This document shows, piece by piece, positions 1-5,791 of a DNA stretch of 10,809 bases. Position 1 is the first letter of the stretch; every line of letters starts with the position of its first letter. Made by a program: the position numbers and the translations under genes. The notes under the pieces were generated by a model. That model was not told where the DNA came from and did no database searches. It was given only the letters and a program-made list of their open reading frames with translations. The DNA comes from a bacterium. GTDB taxonomy: Bacteria > Babelota > Babeliae > Babelales > JABCYS01. Where the stretch lies: positions 1-10,809 of the forward strand of contig DAIDHG010000031.1 of the NCBI GenBank assembly GCA_027452085.1, written 5' to 3'.

Positions 1-14
1 ACAATCTTTTTCAT
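1..14 (-). CDS. 5' end of a CDS running off the left edge (MKKIV...), probably a further secreted paralog of the array
   Basis: The reverse complement reads AAAAAGGAAGCAAG-ATG AAA AAG ATT GT: an SD-like AAGGA followed by MKKIV, the same first five residues as the 207..986 paralog. Only 14 nt are visible. Confidence 0.6.
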
Positions 15-206
15 CTTGCTTCCTTTTTCAATTGCTTAGTAATTCAATAGTAATCGTATCTCTTAACCCGAGCCTAACCTATACATCGGGCAAAGAGCAA
101 GAGTTATTAGCCATTAAGGCGGGCTTGTCTTTCACTTTGCCTCGAGCCCAATGGCAAAAACCTCTGATGTACGCTGTGCTGCCCAGGCACCGCAATTTTC
201 TTAACA

Positions 207-986
207 TCATTTTAAAGGTTGTGCAGGTGGCTCATGTTGTACCCGAACAGGCTTAGTAATTGGTGCTAGTGGTTTGTGTTCGACATGTGTGCTGCCCTGA
301 AGCTCACTAATCCCATGACCCATATTCGTTTTGCGAATAAGCCCAGACTCCCATCGACCCTGTTTTCTTTGATAACCATGAGGGGTTTCAGATGTCCCTA
401 ACGGCGATGCAGGAGATTCACCGGCATGGCCAAGTCCGGCAGCTGGTGATTTGAAGGTTTCATGAAAACCACCTTGCTCAAAATAGTAGTTTGGTAAGTC
501 TGATGGTGCTGGTAATAGTGGCGTGCTTGATGGTGGTAGAGGTTGCGGCTGTCGTGGTCCAAGCGGTGAAGGTACTGTGGTGATTTTGGCTTTGCCTAAC
601 GGAGCTCCTGGTAGGAGTTTTACCAGCGGCTCGGAAACTGAGCGACCAAGCGGTGCATTTTCAGGCGTTACGGGAGAAACGCGTTCAATTGGTGTTTCAA
701 CAGGTGTTCGAGGAGACGGTGTTGGCGATGGGATAGTTACGTTGGCGGGGCGATTGGTATCAATGCTTGGAAGCTTTCGTGGGCCAAGGCCCTCAAGAAA
801 TTTTTGTGTGTTTACCCCCTCTACGGTTGCTGCTGAGCCTTGAGCTGGTCGCACAAAAACTTCTTTCGCGGCTTTGTTACGAGCAGCGTTTTCTTCTGTG
901 ACTTCTTCTACTAGACTGCCAAGAGGTTGGGCAGATAGTTGCTGTTGTCCAACTGCACATATAAAAAATATGACTATCTTCTTCAT
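207..986 (-). CDS. Secreted Pro/Ser/Thr-rich hypothetical protein, array paralog 1 (259 aa)
   Basis: Signal-peptide-like MKKIVIFFICAVGQQQLSA|Q, then the conserved QPLGS...FLEGLGPRK module, then a low-complexity tail. A purine-rich AAAAGAGA lies upstream of the ATG. Confidence 0.9.
   Translation of the reverse strand: MKKIVIFFICAVGQQQLSAQPLGSLVEEVTEENAARNKAAKEVFVRPAQGSAATVEGVNTQKFLEGLGPRKLPSIDTNRPANVTIPSPTPSPRTPVETPIERVSPVTPENAPLGRSVSEPLVKLLPGAPLGKAKITTVPSPLGPRQPQPLPPSSTPLLPAPSDLPNYYFEQGGFHETFKSPAAGLGHAGESPASPLGTSETPHGYQRKQGRWESGLIRKTNMGHGISELQGSTHVEHKPLAPITKPVRVQHEPPAQPLK
775..932. repeat. Direct repeat copy 1 (158 nt) encoding the conserved N-terminal module
   Basis: Aligns without gaps to 1741-1898 and 2830-2987. 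Positions 775-815 are identical in all three copies. Confidence 0.95.
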
Positions 987-1031
987 GGTGTTCTCTTTTT
1001 ACTGTTATTTTGTTCTTGTTTACTTCGTTAC

Positions 1032-1958
1032 TTATTTTACCGGAATGTGATGCACTGGCGTTCCAATATGCATAGGGCCGAGTGGTTCTTGTTTCATGTG
1101 AACAGCGCTTGTGCTTACCCTGCGTGCCCCCATCAGCGAGGTGCGTGAACCCGGAACTTTCAATGCTGCCGATTGACCTGACTCTCTTGGTGCAAAAGGC
1201 TGGGCACCACCAAAAGTTGGGTGGTCTACATGCGGGATTGATTTCGTCACTTCTGCTTGCCTTTGCAAATGTGTTTCGGTTACGCCCTTATATTCGTGGA
1301 GCAGATTTTGCAATTGTGTTTTTTGTTTCGGCGTGAGCTCACGGATGGTATATAAACCGGCTTTTTCCATCTTGTCTTTAATGGCTTTTTTCTGAGAAGA
1401 GAGCCGTTGTTCTTTAGACTGATATTTTGCATAACTGCTCTGCGCTGTTTTCGCGTTTGATTCAGGGGCATTTTTTACACTGCTCTCCAATACCGAGCCA
1501 CTTGTTTCAACGGTTGTATCCATGTGCCTCAATTGAGCACGTATCTGTGTTTGAACATCAGCCTGGTGACCTGGTAAAATTGAAGGTAGCGGTTGTGGTG
1601 CGGGTGAGGGCGGTGTTAATTGCAGCGATCCTGAAGTTGTTTGTGCTATGCCAGAAAGCTGCTCGGCTGGGCCAATAACAGATCCTCTTTTCATGAGGCC
1701 GGTTTCAGGCACGGTTAATCCTTGTGTGCTGGTTTTGGATTTTCGTGGGCCAAGGCCCTCAAGAAATTTTTGTGTGTTTACGCCCTCTACGGTGGCTGCT
1801 GAGCCTTGAGCAGGGTTCACAACAATATCTTCCGGAGCTCTTCTTCGAGCACTATTTTCTTCAGCGACTTCTTCCACGATGCTTCCCAACGGTTGGGTAG
1901 ATAGATCGTGGGGACCGTAAACAATCGTTAGCAAGGTAATTACGTACCATTTTTTCAT
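1032..1958 (-). CDS. Secreted hypothetical protein, array paralog 2 (308 aa; start revised from the TTG at 2033 to the ATG at 1958)
   Basis: The ATG at 1958 is preceded by AGAAGG and gives signal peptide MKKWYVITLLTIVYGPHDLST|Q, collinear with the paralogs. The conserved module follows, then a tail with a Lys/Gln-rich helical segment. Confidence 0.9.
   Translation of the reverse strand: MKKWYVITLLTIVYGPHDLSTQPLGSIVEEVAEENSARRRAPEDIVVNPAQGSAATVEGVNTQKFLEGLGPRKSKTSTQGLTVPETGLMKRGSVIGPAEQLSGIAQTTSGSLQLTPPSPAPQPLPSILPGHQADVQTQIRAQLRHMDTTVETSGSVLESSVKNAPESNAKTAQSSYAKYQSKEQRLSSQKKAIKDKMEKAGLYTIRELTPKQKTQLQNLLHEYKGVTETHLQRQAEVTKSIPHVDHPTFGGAQPFAPRESGQSAALKVPGSRTSLMGARRVSTSAVHMKQEPLGPMHIGTPVHHIPVK
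1741..1898. repeat. Direct repeat copy 2 (158 nt) encoding the conserved N-terminal module
   Basis: Aligns without gaps to the other copies; invariant core at 1741-1781. Confidence 0.95.
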
Positions 1959-2084
1959 TATGAGCCTTCTTAAATAGCACCCCGTTATTGATTTGTCTGA
2001 CGCGATGCGAGCTTGTAATTGCAATCTCTCCAAATATCGGCTGCGGTCTCTTGCCGGGAACGCAGGAACTGTCTTATAGTGTCG

Positions 2085-2119
2085 GGTAATTGAAACAATA
2101 ACTAACTTTTTTTCTTCAT
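2085..2119 (-). pseudogene. Possible frameshifted 5' remnant (signal-peptide start) of a further paralog
   Basis: ATG AAG AAA AAA AG TTA GTT ATT GTT TCA ATT ACC reads as MKK(K)/frameshift/LVIVSIT, resembling MKNWFVIISLT of paralog 3 (14/21 nt identical over the LVIVSIT codons). Confidence 0.35.
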
Positions 2120-2132
2120 AATTAATCCACGA

Positions 2133-3047
2133 CTAATGGCTTAAGCCATATTGCTTTGGGTTGTAGCCTCTTCGCCGATTTAACTCCCGCTCGGTCGCCG
2201 CAAGATTTTTTGTATTTTCGCGGGCTATTTGCCTGGTTTTGATCGATTTGGGCGTAATTTTTTCAATAAATTGTGTCATTACCGGTGTGTTTGATCGAGG
2301 ACGGTTACTGAGGTTATGCTCAGGCGTGCCGTGGAGAGCTGATATATCTTTTCCTACCGGCCGCTTTTCCAAGTGCTGGACGGTTGGTAATTCTGGTGCC
2401 GGTGGTACTTTCGCTGCGCCCGGTGTTTTCACCACCTCCATCGCGCTTTGACGTTGTCCCAATGTGGTGCCAGATTTCAATTTTAACTTTGAGGCGACCC
2501 CGCCGACTTTAGAGCCGGGCATGGTAACCGTAATTTCAGCCTGCTGAATCTCTCTTTTTTGTTGTTTAATCTGCTCTGGCAATGATTGATCGCGTGAGCT
2601 TATTGGAGATCTTGGACTTTGACTGACCAGCCCGCCTGTTAAGCTAGCTTCAGTATCCGGTCCGCGGGGCGAAATGCCCCCCGCGATATCAGGTCGTACC
2701 ACACTTTGTTCCCTTTGCGAGCTTGGCGATGCCGAATGAATTGGGGAAGAGGGGGTTGAGCTGGCCGGTGAAGCCGTTGGTGATGGGATTGTAAGCTCGG
2801 CCGGGCGCTCAGTATTAATGCTTGGGCGTTTTCGTGGGCCAAGGCCCTCAAGAAATTTTTGTGTGTTTACGCCCTCAATTGTTGCCGCTGAGCCTTGAGC
2901 TGGTCGCACAACAACATCTTCCGGTGCTCTGTTGCGTGCCGTGTTTTCTTCTGCGACTTCTTCCACGAGACTACCCAGCGGTTGGGCACACGTGTGACGC
3001 GGGCAGGAAATAATTGTTAAAGAAATAATTACAAACCAATTTTTCAT
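2133..3047 (-). CDS. Secreted Ser/Pro-rich hypothetical protein, array paralog 3 (304 aa)
   Basis: AAGGAG SD; signal peptide MKNWFVIISLTIISCPRHTCA|Q; conserved module; S/P-rich middle and basic C-terminus. Confidence 0.9.
   Translation of the reverse strand: MKNWFVIISLTIISCPRHTCAQPLGSLVEEVAEENTARNRAPEDVVVRPAQGSAATIEGVNTQKFLEGLGPRKRPSINTERPAELTIPSPTASPASSTPSSPIHSASPSSQREQSVVRPDIAGGISPRGPDTEASLTGGLVSQSPRSPISSRDQSLPEQIKQQKREIQQAEITVTMPGSKVGGVASKLKLKSGTTLGQRQSAMEVVKTPGAAKVPPAPELPTVQHLEKRPVGKDISALHGTPEHNLSNRPRSNTPVMTQFIEKITPKSIKTRQIARENTKNLAATERELNRRRGYNPKQYGLSH
2830..2987. repeat. Direct repeat copy 3 (158 nt) encoding the conserved N-terminal module
   Basis: Aligns without gaps to the other copies; invariant core at 2830-2870. 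Confidence 0.95.
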
Positions 3048-3073
3048 TTTCTGCTCCTTTTAATCACTACCCA

Positions 3074-5365
3074 TTATTGATTTGATTGATTCCATGCCGA
3101 CCATTGAGTAAGTGTATTGTAATCAGCGTCTGATAAATTGTTGTAATAATTCTGCTGGGCTTGTTTATTTGGTAACTGCTGCAAATGCTCCCATATTGCT
3201 TTACCTTTATTTACATCAAGTCCGTGAGGTGGCGGATTTTTCAATTCTTGAGTTACTACTCTAGCGCCTTGACCCCTATCTTTTCCTGGTAGAATCACAT
3301 TTTCAAGTGGCGTGCGTGCCAGTTCTTGGCCAGCAATTGCGCCTATGGCCCCAATTGTTTTACCTACTTTTGTGCCCAACCCCCCATGACCCGTAAGTGT
3401 TACTGGTACCAGTCCTAGGCTTTCTTGAGCGATTTGAGAGCCTTCACCACTGGTTGTCTCTCCTAATATTCCCTGTACTCCACCTACCGTAGCTCCTAAA
3501 GCCCCTTCAGCCGCCATTCTGCCAATGTTTTTAGATGCGGCCCCAGGGATCATGCCAGCAGTAGCCATAATGCTTGCTGTTGTTGCAATTCTGCCAGCCG
3601 GGGTATTTGGCATTACTTGTGTTAACTCGGTAGCACCTGCGGCCATACCGCCACCAATAATTGCTCCAATGAGAGCCCCTTGTGGTCCGCCCGATAATGC
3701 TCCTTCAATAGCAGCTTGACCAACTGCGCCACCAACACTCATGCCGAATAATTTACCCTGCGAATTATCGCCGCGGGTTGCAATATCGGCGATTGCGAGT
3801 GCCGCGCCAGTTGCACCTCCAGCGGTAAAACCAGCCGCACCGCCAAAGACGCAGCCACCGGCAGCACTTGCAGCACAACCGGTAATGGCGCCAGTGACCG
3901 CTCCCATGAGAGTTTTCATGCCAACTTCTGGGCCATATTTTTTTGTTTGTTCAACGGCAGTATTCCAGGCTTTAATCATATCTGGTCCGACCACTTGGGT
4001 GAGCGGCTTGCCCGTTTTATTGGCTATATCTTGCAAGGTGTTTATGGTGCCATTATAGCTAGAGGCTATGTTTCCAATTGCTTGTTTTCCTACTTTAGTC
4101 AGATGGGTTTTATCACCGACTGTTTGAATCGCGCCTGCCGCTTTTATTGCTCCTGATTTAATATTTTGAGCTAAAGCGTGTGCAAGCTGTTCAGGATGCT
4201 CAAGATTGCTTGCAATAGCCTTGGCAGCTTGGCTCGGAACTTTTGAGATAGCTTGAGCCTGCTTTGCCAGGTCAACAACATGTGTTTTTGCAACAAGTTG
4301 AGTACCAGCTGTTTTTGCCGTTTCAGCAACTTTGGTTACAGCAGTTTCAGTTCCTTGTTTAACAGCCGCGGCTCCTGTTTTTGCTGTTTCACCTGCCTTG
4401 GCAACTGCAGTTTCTACACCAGTTTTAACGGCTCCGACAGTTTTTTCGCCTTCTTTTTTTACTGCAGCAGCTACCGTTTTTGCTGTTTCGTCTACCTCGT
4501 TAGCAATATTTTCTACACTTTGGCCTACCTTTGATGGGGTCTTACTAACAGCATTTTTCAAAAAATTAAAACCGCTCTGAACTCCACTGCTTACATCGCT
4601 TGCTCGGTCGCTAAACCAACCACCGATGCTATCCCAAATGCTTAATGCTTGAGCACCGGTCTCCTTGATTGATCGGCCGCTCTGAATCGTCTTATTGACT
4701 CCGGTCTTTTTTGCACCAGCAGCCAGAGGTGTTTCGATCCTTTTTTTTGCCAATTCTGCCGGTGTTAGAATGGACAATGCTCGTGGAGTAGCTGATGGAG
4801 CTTTCGTTTCAACTGTTGGTTTAGCTGTCGGAGCGGCTTTCTTGATTGTTGAGCCAGTTAGTTGTGTGGGGTGTTCAGGGGCTCCGGCTGGTTTAGCTGC
4901 GACGGTAACAGGGGGCTTTGTAGCCTTTGGCCCAATAGAAGGCTTTTCGATTACAACTTTTGGTTTTGCGACTGTGTTTACAATTGTCGGTTTTGGCTTT
5001 GATTCAGCTGGCATTTTTTTTGGCTGTTGTGAAGAGATCGCTGCCTTTCCCGTGGCGGTTGGTACTGGTTTCTGTTCTACCTTTCTTAGAGCTTCAACCT
5101 TTGGTTTTGTTTCTGTTTTTACCGGTAGTGTATGTTCGGTCGTTGATGGCGCAACAAATGTCTTTGGCTGTGGGTGAACGGGCACAAATCTTGCTTTGGC
5201 GACTGGTGCATTCGGTTTAGGCATTTGTCTTGTCGGATGTTGCATGGGAGCTGCGTGGAATAGCGGATGCTGAAAAACCGGTTTTGGTTGTTGTTGCTGC
5301 TCACTATATAAGTCATTGCCAAAGGGAATGCATAAAAATGCAAACAAATACTTTATGATTTTCAT
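3074..5365 (-). CDS. Large secreted hypothetical protein (763 aa): Pro/Lys/Thr/Ala-rich linker, 11-mer amphipathic repeats, glycine-zipper membrane-interacting region
   Basis: Signal-peptide-like MKIIKYLFAFLCIPFGNDLYS; GGAAAAGG upstream; ETAKT repeats spaced 33 and 22 aa; many GxxxG motifs in the C-terminal third. Confidence 0.9.
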   Translation of the reverse strand: MKIIKYLFAFLCIPFGNDLYSEQQQQPKPVFQHPLFHAAPMQHPTRQMPKPNAPVAKARFVPVHPQPKTFVAPSTTEHTLPVKTETKPKVEALRKVEQKPVPTATGKAAISSQQPKKMPAESKPKPTIVNTVAKPKVVIEKPSIGPKATKPPVTVAAKPAGAPEHPTQLTGSTIKKAAPTAKPTVETKAPSATPRALSILTPAELAKKRIETPLAAGAKKTGVNKTIQSGRSIKETGAQALSIWDSIGGWFSDRASDVSSGVQSGFNFLKNAVSKTPSKVGQSVENIANEVDETAKTVAAAVKKEGEKTVGAVKTGVETAVAKAGETAKTGAAAVKQGTETAVTKVAETAKTAGTQLVAKTHVVDLAKQAQAISKVPSQAAKAIASNLEHPEQLAHALAQNIKSGAIKAAGAIQTVGDKTHLTKVGKQAIGNIASSYNGTINTLQDIANKTGKPLTQVVGPDMIKAWNTAVEQTKKYGPEVGMKTLMGAVTGAITGCAASAAGGCVFGGAAGFTAGGATGAALAIADIATRGDNSQGKLFGMSVGGAVGQAAIEGALSGGPQGALIGAIIGGGMAAGATELTQVMPNTPAGRIATTASIMATAGMIPGAASKNIGRMAAEGALGATVGGVQGILGETTSGEGSQIAQESLGLVPVTLTGHGGLGTKVGKTIGAIGAIAGQELARTPLENVILPGKDRGQGARVVTQELKNPPPHGLDVNKGKAIWEHLQQLPNKQAQQNYYNNLSDADYNTLTQWSAWNQSNQ
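4311..4489. repeat. Internal coding repeats in 11-aa (33-nt) register
   Basis: gtttttgc(t/c)gtttc occurs at 4311-4324, 4377-4390 and 4476-4489, i.e. 66 and 99 nt apart. Confidence 0.8.
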
Positions 5366-5410
5366 ATAAACGCCTTTTCCTAAAGATTAATCAACTGTTC
5401 TTGCCTCTCC

Positions 5411-5440
5411 AATCTAGAATAGACGAGTATTGTTTTGCAA
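5411..5440 (-). promoter_or_regulatory. Putative sigma70-type promoter for the secreted-protein cluster
   Basis: TTGCAA-N18-TAGATT on the - strand, ending 45 nt upstream of the ATG at 5365. Confidence 0.4.
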
Positions 5441-5722
5441 TAGTTTTATTTTCACATGGTGAACTTAAATGGATATTCTGTCATCATTCTGGTTCTTGGG
5501 TGCGATTTGCACGGCCAAGAAGTAAAAATATATGAGGCCAACCGGGGATCTAATTCTGGCCCAATCAAGCTGCCCGGCTGTTCAATAATTTCCAAATCGG
5601 TGTGCCTGGATCCAAACTTTTTTCATTAAGGCAAGCAAACCTGCTCCTTTGGCCTGGTAACAAGCCGCCTAAGAAAGCAAGGAGGTCCACTTTTCTCATA
5701 TCTCTTGAGTCAGCACAACCAC

Positions 5723-5750
5723 ATGAAATTCTTAAAGCTTTAGGTATACT
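5723..5750 (+). promoter_or_regulatory. Putative uvrA promoter
   Basis: ATGAAA-N16-TATACT; good -10 hexamer about 40 nt upstream of the ATG at 5792. Confidence 0.4.
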
Positions 5751-5791
5751 ATTGGTCATTTTTGGATAACCCTGTGACCAATGGTGGCGCC

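Noticed and set aside
79..210. 43-aa minus-strand ORF overlapping the stop of paralog 1 (ATGA) as a possible immunity gene
   Set aside because: No SD, no recognisable motif, and no equivalent after the other paralogs. It overlaps a candidate promoter.
1959..2033. TTG start at 2033 for paralog 2
   Set aside because: The ATG at 1958 has an SD-like sequence and puts the signal peptide at the N-terminus, matching the paralogs.
2133..2135. Stop-codon reassignment (TAG) fusing paralogs 3 and 2
   Set aside because: TAG terminates uvrA and ybhB at their expected ends, and paralog 2 has its own SD-like sequence and signal peptide.
775..2870. 41-nt identical repeats with an internal palindrome as a CRISPR array
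   Set aside because: The copies are ~1 kb apart, lie in frame inside coding genes, and no cas genes are present.
775..2987. Diversity-generating retroelement or shufflon
   Set aside because: No reverse transcriptase or invertase in the window. Differences between copies are not adenine-specific, and the repeats are direct rather than inverted.
32..5220. Numerous + strand ORFs (e.g. 523-843, 3741-4058, 4695-5177)
   Set aside because: They are antisense shadows of the low-complexity minus-strand genes, with no SD or domain evidence.
5565..5759. 64-aa minus-strand ORF in the divergent spacer
   Set aside because: No SD or recognisable motif, and it overlaps the likely uvrA promoter.
5690..5791. 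SOS (LexA) box upstream of uvrA
   Set aside because: No match to CTGT-N8-ACAG or GAAC-N4-GTTC was seen. A lineage-specific box cannot be excluded.
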